A DNA stretch of 64,000 bases from Octopus vulgaris (GCA_951406725.2 OX597839.1:18724001-18788000); one strand, 5' to 3'. Counted from the first letter of the stretch, positions 1 to 13,075 are shown. Numbers and translations: made by a program. Notes: generated from the sequence alone by a model not told the origin.

Positions 1-9
1 CAAGCGAAA

Positions 10-70
<61 letters not shown>

Positions 71-749
71 TACATAGATATACACCCCCACATGATTCCC
101 CCTACACATATGTACATATATTTATATACACACATCTCTCTCTATCTCTCTCTCTCTATCTCTCTCTCTCTCTCTACATATATATAACACATGCCGTAAT
201 ACTTAGAAGAAATTGTGAACTTTGACCCTCATTATTTTGGGCGGGAGAACAACTGGTGTAAAACAACAGTGATAATACGAACAACACCAACAAAAGCAAT
301 AACAACAATAATGATAATAGTAATAAAGTTCGCGTGTCTGTAAGCCTTTATACGTAGACGCGTGTCTACATGTGTGTGAGTGTTTATATGTAAGTATGGT
401 AGAGGGGGAATTGTTTCCATTGTGACTACAGGCGTGTTATTTCTTACTGTTTTGTTATGTTATTTCTGTGTTTATTGTTTTTATTCGTGACAATAGTCAT
501 CACTTTCAAGAAGGAAATCAAGAAAGTGACAGAGTTAGACAGAAAGAAGGAAAGAAAGAAAGTAAGAAAGACACAGCCGGTGAAGAAGTGTAGTAGGATG
601 CGAGTGATAGGTTAGTAGGTGAAAGGGGGTAGATTAAGTAAAGCGTTAAAAGATAGGGTGGGCTTTGGAGCAAGAGAAAATGTTATCCAAATATCACTAG
701 GTAACGTGGAACTCGGAACTGCACCGAGAATAGAGATTTACTCTAGAAA

Positions 750-965
750 CTTTTAACCGTATGTGTGTATATACGTATACATCCATACCTATGTACATAT
801 ACGCTATACACTCTCTTTTAACCATATGTCTATATACGTGTACATATACACCTAAACACACTTTTAACCGTACGTCTATATACATATACATATACACATA
901 AACATACTTTTAACCGTACGTCTACATACACACCTAAACACACTTTTAACCGTACGTCTATATAC
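750..965. repeat. Minisatellite, about 5 units anchored on CTTTTAACCGTACGTCTA
   Basis: The motif cttttaaccgtac/atgtct recurs five times with 35-60 bp AC/AT-rich spacers. Confidence 0.75.
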
Positions 966-1182
966 ATGCGCATGCGTATACACTTATGCACATACAAAAC
1001 GCACCGCAGATGCAAGTATACACGCGTACGCATAGACGAAAATAAATTAAAATAAGCACATAAGCAGGTATGTATTGTCATTTGAAAGAAATGTCGAACA
1101 TGCAAGAGAGTTCACGTACATATTTGCTTGGTTGAATAAGAAAAAAAATCTGCGTGGGAGCGCATGCGTGCTTGAGTACATA

Positions 1183-1224
<42 letters not shown>

Positions 1225-1304
1225 AACATACATGTGCATTCGTATATATGTATATATGCACAAAATGTCTGTGTTTGTATTAATATACACGAGTGTTTGA
1301 ATGG

Positions 1305-1703
<399 letters not shown>

Positions 1704-2144
1704 AAGGTCTAGCTAACGGTGCTAACCGAGGTTGAGGAATGTCTTTATTCATACAACTCTGCCAAACAACGCCTGTTCGCGAAGGACAGGAATGTGAATT
1801 ATACGAAAGATTTTTAAAAAAAATATCCCCAGAAAACATAAAGATGATATAAGCATAACAACGACTTGATGACAACACCACCTTTGAAATAAGTGATTAA
1901 TATAATTGTTTATTTTGTTTATTTTCCTCGGGGGGCATCAGAAAGTGAAAACGAAACAAAGTTGCAAAGAATTTTCTTACCAAAACCAAAATAGGTTAAT
2001 AAAATTCTGGGGAAAATAGAATAGGTAAAGTCATTAAAAGGAGTGTAAGGCAAAACCCCTACCTAGGATAAAATTGTCCAGATCCCCACTAAAAGATATT
2101 TCTATTATTTTCATTATAATGCAAACATTTCTATTTGATTGCGT

Positions 2145-2643
2145 TATAGCCTATCTTCGTTTATCACCGATTCATTCAACAGTGATCCGGGATAACACGG
2201 TATGATCAACTGAGATCCATGTTACGCTTATCACGGATGGATCTGTATTAACACGGATCGGCAATCGGTCGAATATTCTGCATAGACTGCAATAAGGTGC
2301 CCCACCAATCACTCACAATGCTCGGCTGCCCAGAATACATTGGTTATCACTTACGTTTACAACACCGTGCTGCGAAACAGCATTTAAACCTATTTACATA
2401 CGCGTAACCTTCAGCATGAGACCATTGGATAGCAAAAATAGTTTCCAATGTTTTGTTTTTATTATATATCATGTTATTAAACCGTGCTCGAAATATTATT
2501 CCAAACATGAAACAGTATGATTATTTGTGTTTAAAAACTACCTGGAGGTGTCATTCCTTCATACGTTCAATTATTCCTTTATCCGATTCATTTAACACGG
2601 TGATTTTTGGAGCCAAACAGCCGTGATAAACGAGTATTGATGT
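2145..2643. mobile_element. Old pogo/Tigger-like MITE
   Basis: Degenerate TIRs: left tatagcctatcttcgtttatcac, right gtgataaacgagtattgatg. Repeated subterminal ACACGG/TCACGG motifs. Confidence 0.5.
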
Positions 2644-2673
2644 TCTAATTTATCAATTATCAAGAGGTCTCAC

Positions 2674-2775
2674 TTGCGACGGACCGGCTTCCCATCCAGG
2701 TGGAGAACCTTATACGCCAAGAAAACCGGGAAGCCAGCCCTTATGAGTCAGGCATGGCTCAAGAAGGAACAAACA
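2674..2775 (+). mobile_element. SINE-D 3' fragment
   Basis: Reverse complement of the tail of the full SINE-D copy at 40889-41190 (tatacgccaagaaaaccggg...cttatgagtcaggcatggctcaagaaggaacaaac). Confidence 0.75.
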
Positions 2776-2779
2776 ATAT

Positions 2780-3005
2780 TTGTTTTTTGTTTTTGTTTTT
2801 TGTTTTTCCAGTTTCAGCTCTTGAGCTGTGGCCATGCTGGGGCACCGCCATTGTGGTGAAAGAGTACAGCAGGGATCACCACCCCCTGCCGGAGCCTCGT
2901 AGAGCTTTTTAGGTGTTTTCGCTCAATAAACACACACAACGCCCAGTCTGAGAATCGAAACCGCGATCCTGCGACCGCGAGTCCGCTGCCCTAACCACTA
3001 GGCCA
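2780..3005 (-). mobile_element. tRNA-derived SINE with a SINE-D head and a SINE-B-type tail
   Basis: Minus strand shows A box TGGCCTAGTGG and B box GGTTTCGATTCTC, and ends ggcggtgccccagcatggccacagctcaagagctgaaac(A-rich), the same tail as SINE-B. Confidence 0.75.
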
Positions 3006-3014
3006 ATATATATA

Positions 3015-3309
3015 TCTTTATATATAAAAGTGAAGTTGTGTGTCTGTCTCCTACGATTTAGATTCCTAACTACTCCCACATTTTGCGGTGCAGTTTAACC
3101 AAAAGCGGGTATCTTATAGTCGTGATTCATATCGAGCCCTTCTGGGTATTAGCGCGCGTCTACAATGAGTCTACGATTAAAAAAAAATTTACCATAATTT
3201 TTTCCCATTTTTAATGCATTTTTTGCTATTATATAAGGGAAGTAACTCTCTAAAAATGCTTATATAGTTATTTCCCTTACAAATCCGACAAACGCCGGGC
3301 GATACTGAT
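3015..3309 (+). mobile_element. Non-autonomous Helitron
   Basis: Starts A|TCTTTATATATAAAAG followed by a GTGTGTCTGTCT tract. 3' GC-rich hairpin ccgacaaacgccgggcga, then a degenerate CTRR end. No TIR or TSD. Confidence 0.7.
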
Positions 3310-3316
3310 ATATATG

Positions 3317-3348
<32 letters not shown>

Positions 3349-3384
3349 TGTATGTATGTATGTATGTATGTATGTATGTATGTA

Positions 3385-3601
3385 TATAGTGGCCTAACAG
3401 TAGGTTTACAGTTATCATGTAGGCACTTTAAATTACTTTTAAAACATTTTATTACATTTAAAATTCTATCTTACAATTAACTAAATTAGCATAGAATAAG
3501 GGTTTCATATTTTTTTTATAATTAAGATCTAAACTGTTAATATATGAATGCGAAAGAGGTAGTTGAATAACTGTAAACCTACGTTTGGTCCACCCTCTAT
3601 A
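3385..3601. mobile_element. Tc1/mariner-type MITE in a TA microsatellite
   Basis: TIR pair gtggcctaacagtaggtttacagttat / ataactgtaaacctacgtttggtccac, TA-flanked. Confidence 0.75.
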
Positions 3602-4239
3602 TATATGAGTGTGTGTATGTGTGTCCCACCCCATCGTTTGACAACCGGTGTTGGTGTGGTTGCTTACCCATAATCTAGCGTTTCGAGAAAAGAAACCGAT
3701 ACACTAAATACCAGGTTAAAAAGAAAAAAAAATCAAATACTGGGATCGATTCATTCGACTCAAAAAATTCAAAGCGGTGCCCCAGCCTGGCCGCGGTCTA
3801 ATGACTGAAACAAATACAAGGTATGAGCCACACACACACACACACATCTGTGTATATATCCCAGTCTTTTGCCTAATTTTACTCTTTGTTTCCTGACACC
3901 TTTTGTTCCACCTCTCTCTCACATACACACACACACTCACCATTTATTTATACATACCTTTGAATACCGACACAGTTTCTTCCTACCTTTAATCGTTAAC
4001 ACCTGGGAGAGTCCACCCAAAGGTTTCGTATCCCCTCATCACCATCCGCAGCGTTTTCTACACCTATCTGCTATAATATTGCATTGTTTGTTTTTTCTTT
4101 CTGAGATGCTTGCTATTCTTCTTCCTCTTACTATTATTGTTATTTCTGTTTGGTTCCGCACATCTTTCTATATTGTCTCTTGTTTATGATAACATACGCA
4201 GAATACCTGTGTGTATGTATGTATGTATATCTATATATG

Positions 4240-4275
<36 letters not shown>

Positions 4276-4405
4276 ATCCAGAAACATATACATATATGTA
4301 TATATACAATATATGTGTGTGTGTATATATATATACGTATATATATATACACAAGCGTTTATATAAATACAGATTTAAACATTTATATGCATATCTATAC
4401 ACACA

Positions 4406-4470
<65 letters not shown>

Positions 4471-4733
4471 TTATATACATATGCTCATGCATATATACAT
4501 ATACAAAAATATACATATATATATATATATATACACATTTATATACATATGCTCACGCATATATACATATACAAAAATATATATAGACACACACATATAC
4601 CTACATAGACACACACACATACATACATACACTTATACATAAATATAATCATATATACATATATACACACATTATGTAGTTATATGTAAATATATATATA
4701 TACACACACACAAACACATATACACACACACAA

Positions 4734-4876
<143 letters not shown>

Positions 4877-5348
4877 CACATACACACGCGCGTGTGATTT
4901 GGCTACGCGTTTATGACCTGTGTGCTGTCTGTGTGTATGTTAAACAATAATGAATAATAATGAAGATGCAGATAATTAGATTGAAATTGAGAAAAGCAAA
5001 CATTTAAGTCTACAATAAGACAGAAACTGATAGAAAAGCAGACGACCGTGTGTATGTGTGTGTATACATATGTAGCATACACTCACATGCAAACGCGCGC
5101 GTGTTTCGGTGTGTGAATGAGTATGTGTATATATATATATATATAGAGAGAAAACAAATTGGATAGACATAGACAGACTTAGATTAGAATGCAAAAGATA
5201 CAAAATATAAATCGATAGATGAATATAAAAGATAAATAGATTCCACGACTGATTGATAGATATAACATAGATAAAGAGATTGATAGACTCCACACACACA
5301 CACACTATATATATATATATATATATATACACGTATGTATATGTATGT

Positions 5349-5743
5349 CTTTTACTCTTTTACTTGTTTCAGTCATTTGACTGCGGCCATGCTGGAGCAC
5401 CGCCTTTAGTCGAGCAAAGGCACCCCAGGAATTATTCTTTGTAAGCCTAGTACTCATTCTATCGGTTTCTTTTGCCGATCCGCTAAGTTACGGGGACGTA
5501 AACATACCAGCATCGGTTGTCAAGCAATGTTATGGGGACAAACACAGACACACAAACACACACATATATGTATACATATATACGACGGGCTTCTTTCAGT
5601 TTCCGTCTACAAAATCCACTCACAAGGATTTGGCCGGCCCGAGGCTATAGTAGAAGGCACTTGCCCAAGGTGCCATGTAGTGGGAATGAACCCGGAACCA
5701 TGTGGTTGGTAAGTAAGCTACTTACCTCACGGCCACTCCTGCG

Positions 5744-5746
<3 letters not shown>
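5349..5746 (-). mobile_element. SINE-B (tRNA-derived, about 400 bp), full length
   Basis: Head ggcgcaggagtggc.gtg.ggtaag with B-box-like GGTTC..TCCC, internal (TA)/(TG) tract, tail ...gactgaaacaagtaaaagagtaaaag. About 20 copies or fragments occur in the window. Confidence 0.92.
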
Positions 5747-5780
<34 letters not shown>

Positions 5781-5783
5781 TTT

Positions 5784-5825
<42 letters not shown>

Positions 5826-5998
5826 AACATATAAATAATATATACATATACACACATATATATATATTTAAATATATACATATACATGAACTGTATATAT
5901 ATTTAAATACATACACATACGTACACTGTATATATATTGAAATATATACATAGACACACGTTGTATATATATATTGAAATATATACATAGACACACGT

Positions 5999-6042
<44 letters not shown>

Positions 6043-6070
6043 AAAATATACATCTACACACACTGTGTGT

Positions 6071-6111
<41 letters not shown>

Positions 6112-6289
6112 TATGAATATCTACATATATACGCACACATTATATAGTATATTTAAATATATATATCTGTACACACACACACATATATATACAGACATAT
6201 ATAGACACATATATACACACATTATATATGCACACATATACGAATACATGCACATACATATATTATAGATACCGAGATAAAAACAGAGA

Positions 6290-6605
6290 GAGAGAGAGAG
6301 AGAGAGATAGAGAGATAGTTGGATAAAAAGGTAGATAAATGGATAGATTGGTAGATAGATGGATAGACAGACAAATAGACTGACAGCCACAGAGATAGGT
6401 AGATAAGTAGATAGATAGACAAGCACACAGATCGGTAGATGGATAGACAAACACATAGATCGATAAATAAACAAACACAAAGATCGATCGATCGATAGAT
6501 AGATAAACAGATAGATCGATCGATCGATAGATAGATAGATAGACAAACAAATAGATCGATCTATTAGATACATAAACACAGATCGATCGATAGATAGACA
6601 AACAC

Positions 6606-6682
<77 letters not shown>

Positions 6683-6975
6683 CAGATAGATGGATAGATA
6701 GATAGATAGACTGATGGATAGATAGACTGATGGATAGATAGACTGATGGATAGATAGATGGTTAGATATACAGACAGACAGATAGATAGATGGATAGATA
6801 GACAAACACAGATAGATCGATCAATCAATAGATAGATAGATAGACAGAATGATTGATCGATAGATAGAATGACAAACACATAAATAGGTCAATAGATAGA
6901 TAGAGAAGCATATAGATAGATCGATAGATAGATAGAGAAGCATATAGATAGATCGATAGATAGATAGACGAACTT

Positions 6976-7026
<51 letters not shown>

Positions 7027-7190
7027 TATCGATAGATAGATAGATCGATAGACAAACTTATAGATAGATCGATAGATGAACATAGATTGATGCATAGATA
7101 AACACATAGCTAGATAGATCGATAAACAGATAAACATATAGATCGATAGATAGATAAACATATAGATCGATGGACAGATAGATAAATAGA
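6290..7190. repeat. Degenerate (AGAT)n/(AGAC)n tetranucleotide array
   Basis: Directly visible; accounts for the SIYL ORFs. Confidence 0.95.
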
Positions 7191-7429
7191 TTCTTCCAGT
7201 ATTTTACGGTGATTTGCGTGAATTGACGCTAATCTGCTTGAATGGTTCGCTCGGTTTTGTCGACCATTTTTTTCTGTTTTAATTCTATTTATATTTACTA
7301 AGAACCATTTTTGTCCCTTCTGCCGTTTTTAAAAAAAATTGTTTTATATCAATGAATCTCGTAAATCTCTCTTGGACTTCTTTCTAAATCATTTACATTT
7401 CCAGCAACGGGACCTTACTTTCATTTTCA

Positions 7430-8110
7430 CTTTTGATCTCTCTCTCTCCCTCGCTCTTTCGTTCTCTTTTCCTACACTCTCTTCCTTTATTTCTCTCCCT
7501 CTCTCTCTCGCTATACGAATTGACAATTTTTTGTTCATATTTCTCTGCATGCTTTATCTTCATTTCTCTCCGTTCCCCCCTCTCTCTCTCTCTCCGTCTC
7601 CCCACTCTTTGTTGTCTCTCCTTCTCCCCCTCACTTTTTCTGCTTGCTCTCACATTCTTCTTCTCTCTCCCTCTCCCTCTTTTTCTGCTTTTATTCACTT
7701 TATTCTTCTCTCCCTCTCTCTTGTATGTTCTCCCTTTGTTTCTTTCTCCCTCTCTCTCCTTCAACTTTATCGCCCTTACCTCTCTCTCCTCTCTTTCTTT
7801 CTCTCTCTCCTCTCTTTCTTTCTCTCTCTCCTCTCTTTCTTTCTCTCTCTCCTCTCTTTCTTTCTCTCTCTCTCTCTCTGCATGCTCTCACTCTATTTCC
7901 CTCTCACTCATCATTCTTCCTTTCTTAATTCCTGCATGTTCTCCCTATATTTCTCCTCCTCCACACTCTCCCTCGACTTCTCATTCCTTACCATTCATTT
8001 CCTACTTGCTCTCCATTCCTCTCTTTCCGCTCCATACAATTTATTTCTCTTTTCTCTCAACATACTACCCCACCCCCTCTCTCTCTCTCCAACTATTCCC
8101 CCATTCGCTC
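7430..8110. repeat. Polypyrimidine (CT-rich) tract
   Basis: Almost purine-free + strand, containing a 21-bp unit (ctctctctcctctctttcttt) repeated about 4 times. Confidence 0.9.
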
Positions 8111-8369
8111 TTCCTCCGACTTTCTCGCTTTCGTGTGCCCGCCCGTTTTCTGCCTCTCTTTGCACAGTCTGCATCAACGAACGCAAAGCTTTTAAGGATT
8201 ACAGAACTTAATCATAATGGAGGAAACATCGAAAAACCCCTATTGGTCTTGAAAGCCTTTAAAAGCCCACGGAACGGGAATAGCGTGTAAGCAAACAGAT
8301 CCTGACTGCTTTTTACTTTTCTTCCAGCCGACTGTTAGCTATTACCTAATATAAATAAATATATATATA

Positions 8370-8488
8370 TGCGCAAGGTTCAGTGGCTAGAGTGCCAGGC
8401 TCACAATTATAAGGTAGTGAGTTCGATTCCTGAACTAAGCTGTGTCGGTCTTTGTCTTTCTCTTGGATAACATCGGTGGCGCGGAGAG
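8370..8488 (+). mobile_element. SINE-C, internally deleted
   Basis: Head gcgcaaggttcagtggctagag...gagttcgattcc joined to body gtctttgtctttctcttggataacatcggtggcgcggagag, which matches the copy at 49272-49607. Confidence 0.7.
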
Positions 8489-9262
8489 AACTTTCGGCCT
8501 GGGACCGATGGAAAATTTCCAAAAATCTATGGCCTGCCAGTGCTACCAGGGAGCTTTGCTTATTCGAGATAAACTTCAAAGGCACGGAAGTGCCACCAGC
8601 GGAGCATGTCCGAGATGCGTGTAGGACGACGAGACAGTCCTGCATGCACTCGTCCAGTATCCGAGCATTGCTAACCTGTGGATTGATGTCGAGCATCTGC
8701 TGTTGCGTGTATGACGGATCCGGTTATCAACTGAATCCATCGTGAAGATATCCCCGCTGCTTTCCTTTAATTAGGAAGGAAAGGCTGTGTTTATATGCCT
8801 GGTGGTCATGGCGAAAGAGGTTGTATGGACGAGGTTGAAGGGGCTGAAGACAAACACTTTTCTCTTTGGCCAATCCCTGATGAACTTCAAGTTTCACCTG
8901 AAAAGGGCAGAGAGGGAAATCGTGTCTTCTAGCCAGTTTGCTGAAAGGTGGATGAAAGTGGCGAGAATGGTGCCAGTGAATGGGCCTGCTCTGAGCAGAC
9001 GCCTGTAGTTGCAAAAAAGGAAAGGTAAAAAGCACTTGCCCTAAAAGTAAGGGTGGCCATGGCTTTTTATGGGGTTTTTCCATGAGCAGCCCTCGAACGT
9101 CTCCCCCCCCATTGAAGATCACACATTGTTGAATTTTTAAAGTTTTGTTAGTTTTATTTACACACAAAACCCTAACAGCAACACACACACACATTCTTTA
9201 TTTTCTCCTGTACTGTCCATAATGTTTTTCTTAATGTAAATCCTTGTGGTTAATAAAGAAGT
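8489..9262 (+). mobile_element. L1/Tx1-clade LINE, 3' end of ORF2 (zf-RVT/CCHC region) plus 3'UTR, pseudogenised
   Basis: One frame with in-frame stops: ...RDKLQRHGSATSGACPRCV*DDETVLHALVQY...AKEVVW...FAERW...RRL*. The CxxC..ET..H motif is typical of the L1/Tx1 C-terminus. UTR ends ccttgtggttAATAAAgaag, followed by (ACT)n. Confidence 0.8.
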
Positions 9263-9298
9263 CATTACTACTACTACTACTACTACTACTATACTACT

Positions 9299-9665
9299 AA
9301 GGCGGCGAGTAGGCAGTAACGTTAGCACGCCGGGCGAAATGCTTAGCGGTATTTCGTCTGCCGTTACGTTCTGAGTTCAAATTCTGCCGAGGTCGACTTT
9401 GCCTTTCATCCTTTCGGGGTCAATAAATTAAGTATCAGTTACGTACTGGGGTCGATGTAATCGACTTAATCTGTTTGTCTGTCTTTGTTTGTCCCCTCTG
9501 TGTTTAGTAAAGAAATAGGTATTTCGTCCGTGTCTACTTTCTGAGTTCAAATTTGCCTTTCATCCTTTCAGGGTCAATAAAATAAATACCAGCTGAACAC
9601 TGGGGTCGATGTAATCGACCTATCCCCTTCCACCAGAACTGGCCTTGTGCCAAAATTTGAAATCA
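9299..9665 (+). mobile_element. SINE-A dimer
   Basis: Head ggcggcgag..ggcag..cgttagcacgccgggcgaaatgc, B box gagttcaaattc, two body units joined at aaagaaata|ggtatttc. Confidence 0.9.
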
Positions 9666-10544
9666 TAACTGTTTACACATTTTTAAGTAAATCTCCACTC
9701 TCCTTTGTCTGTGTGTTGTCAAATGTTTCTTTTCGTCTCTTATAACTAAAACAGAATTATTTTTATCATTATTCTTACTTCTACTTCTATTATCGCTGTC
9801 TTCTTAAATGTGTGTGCTTTCGAATATTTCGCTCGATAATTATGCTCAAACTTCTTGATCCTAGATCCGTGTAACTAATCTCTGGGTTTTATTTTTACTA
9901 TTTTCTATTATATACGTAAGACATACACATTTTACTCAACAACAAGAACTTAACGTTTAATTCGGATTGGATTTCCGAAGCCAAATGAAAGCTTTCTTCG
10001 ACGATAAATCGATGAAACTAAACACCACCGTCACCAACTCCAACAACAACAACAACTGCGACAAAATCTTTAACCTTAAGCTACTTCTCTATCAAAATTG
10101 TTTGCTATGTAATGAAATAGCTTTAACTTAAACCTCCCATTTAAATGAAAATCTATTCCAATATTATCAAAAGCAGATGCCAAAATCACGAGAAAATCTT
10201 TCTATCGGCTCTATGAAGCTTACTACAAGGAAATCCAGGCGAATCTAAACCATTCCAGAAGTTAAGCAGCTTCGGCAGAGCAAAAGCGATATTTTCTCTT
10301 ATCCTGAAAATGGCTGTCTTAAACACCTACCGCCATTTTAAATCAAGTGATATCAGACGATTTTTCAACGGGCATTTAACACCAGTTTAAAAGCTACAAT
10401 AGAAGGAAGTGACGGCTATGTAATCTATGACACTACCATCACCATCATCATCAACAGCATCACGGGCTGATAAGAGGACTTTTACGTGGTTGGTTCAACC
10501 GCGTAGAAATAGCAGCCAAATCTTCGTTAAAATCATTAGCTCGG

Positions 10545-10688
10545 AGCCGCGAGCTTTTGATGATATGGTTGTTTATATTTAGAGTGACATTGTAGGGTAC
10601 GTGTGAGAGGCCATCTCTGGCTGGTTTGGGCCTTAAACAAATAGAATATTTGGGCCTGAAATAGTCGGTTTAAATGCTAAACTGTTAA
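10545..10688. mobile_element. Right part of a TTAA-type (piggyBac-like) MITE; probable left part at about 19418-19520
   Basis: Ends ...ggtttaaatgctaaactgTTAA. The segment at 19418 begins ttcaacctcttgtcattcagattactctgtc. Assigning both to one family rests on recall. Confidence 0.45.
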
Positions 10689-11224
10689 AGAAAGACATAT
10701 TGGACAATATAGTCCGGGGAAACTGTCGAATGACTGGACGATCAAGGCTTGAACGTGGAAAACACTCCTCTCTGTGTGTGTGTGTATGTGTGGGTGTGTG
10801 CGTGTGTGTGTGGGAGTGTGTGCCTATCTGTGAATGGATGTATGTATGTGGAAGTGTGTGTATGCGTGTGCATGTGGGAGTGCGTGTATGTGTGTGTATG
10901 TGGGAGTGTGTGTATGAGGGAGTGTATGTGTCTAGAAGTGTGTGTACGTGTTAGTGTGTATATGCGTGTGAGAGCGTGTGTGTACCTTCATCCACAACTT
11001 GACAACTATTGTTTGTTTACGTCCCTGTAACTTAGCGGTTCGGTAAAAAAGACCAATAGAATAAGTACCAGGATCGAAATACAAAAACAAAAAAAAAGTA
11101 CTGCGACTAAAACCCTTCAAAACCCTTCAAAGCGTTGCCCCAGCATGGCCGCAATCAAACGACTGAAACAAGATAAAAGACAGAAGTTTTAACCTTGATG
11201 CTTTTTTCAGTTAGTGACCCATGT

Positions 11225-12385
11225 CGGAACTCACTGAGCCGGGTTCCAACGTGGTCCGCAACAACAAAGTTTGCCTACCACACTCTTTGGTCCATCCTCA
11301 TTACCCTCGATGTCCTGGATACATTCCAGGTCAGCATCTGCAACCATGTCGATGAAAGTGTGGTGACGATGTTTTCATTTTCTTACATCATCAAGGAGTG
11401 GGTTCCACAAGACTAGTTTGGATGTTTGCAACCCAGGGCGGCGCACGCAATGACCAGATACTCGCAGCCGCCTTTACTTGATCTTCTCGCTAATATAGGC
11501 ATTCATATAAAGGCGGCGAGCTGGCAGAACCGTTAGCAGGCCGGGCGAAATGCTTAGCGGTATTTCATCTGTCTTTATGTTCTGAGTTCAAATTCCGCCG
11601 AGGTCGACTTTGCCTTTCATCCTTTCGGGGTCGATAAATTAAGTACCAGTTACGCACTGGGGTCGATGTAATCGACTTAATACCTGTCTGTCCTTGTTTG
11701 TCCCCTCTGTGTTTAGCCCCTTGTGGATAATAAAGAAATAGGTATTTCATCTGTCTTTATGTTCTGAGTTGAAATTCCGCCGAGGTCGACTTTGCCTTTC
11801 ATCCTTTCGGGGTCGATTAAATAAGTACCAGTTACGCACTGGGGTCGATATAATCGACTTAATCCGTTTGTCTGTCCTTGTTTGTCCCCTCTGTGTTTAG
11901 CCCCTTGTGGGTAGTAAAGAAATAGGTATTTCGCCTGTCTTTACGTTCTGAGTTCAAATTCCGCCGCGGTCGATTTTGCCTTTCATCCTTCCGGGGTCGA
12001 TTAAATAAGTACCAGTTACGCACTGGCGTCGATATAATCGACTTAATCCGTTTGTCTGGTCTGTCCTTGTTTGTCCCTTCTGTGTTTAGCCCCTTGTGGG
12101 TAGTAAAGAAATAGGTATTTCGCCTGTCTTTACGTTCTGAGTTCAAATTCCGCCGAGGTCGACATTGCCTTTCATCCTTTCGAGGTCGATAAATTAAGTA
12201 CGAGTTGCGTACTGAGGTCGATATAATCGGCTGACCTCCTCTCCCAAAATTTCGGGCCTTGTGCCTAGAGCAGAAAAGAACATAGGCATTCATTTGTCAT
12301 ATATTGCTGTCATTTCACATTTGGGACCATTCGTAGCATCCTTGTGTAACATCTATTCAGCTCGTGTGTGAGTGAGTTTAGCCTC
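11225..12385 (-). mobile_element. RTE-clade LINE 3' fragment interrupted by a SINE-A multimer
   Basis: Minus translation CYTRMLRMVPNVK*QQYMTNE / EKIK*RRLRVSGHCVRRPGLQTSKLVLWNP...TFID matches RTE C-terminal motifs (YTRMLR, RRLRxxGH, LVLW.P). Confidence 0.8.
11512..12281 (+). mobile_element. SINE-A tetramer (head + 3 internal units of about 184 bp + terminal unit) with a single TSD
   Basis: Junction aaagaaata|ggtatttc at about 11741, 11925 and 12114. Flanking direct repeat ataggcattcat at 11495-11506 and 12282-12293. Confidence 0.92.
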
Positions 12386-12695
12386 AAAGAAGCGGAGGTT
12401 TTAAGGTAGTGTTTGTCCTTCTTAGGCTGATGAGTTCCCTCTTCCTGAGGCATTGGTTTTTACGGCAGCAACTCCCGCTTTAATTACTTTTCTTCTCTTA
12501 TTAGTAACAGTTTCACCGAGTTAATAAGCTGGGTTACACACGGCAAGGAGCTGCACTTGGTTTTCAGATGCTGTTTGAAACGCTTGACATACGAAGCACT
12601 TAGTAGTGTGAGCTTGTTTCTACTTAGAAACTTCGGTTCGATTACCTTGATAGACAGAAAGACAGACATACAGTGAGATTGATGACAGTATACAC

Positions 12696-12741
<46 letters not shown>

Positions 12742-12789
12742 GTAGGTAGATAGATAGGTAGATAGGTAGATAGATAGATAGATAGATAG

Positions 12790-12839
<50 letters not shown>

Positions 12840-12885
12840 GTAGGTAGATAGATAGATAGATAGGTAGATAGATAGGTAGATAGAT

Positions 12886-12925
<40 letters not shown>

Positions 12926-12998
12926 ATAGACAGATAAATAGATAAATATATACGGAAGATAGACGGATATATCACTGACAAATAGATTCGTAGATAGA

Positions 12999-13075
<77 letters not shown>

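Noticed and set aside
10160-10260. Possible Penelope GIY-YIG C-terminal remnant (YRLYEAYYKEIQANLN; similar LYESFYIR at about 56250 on minus)
   Set aside because: Too short and degenerate to call without a profile search.
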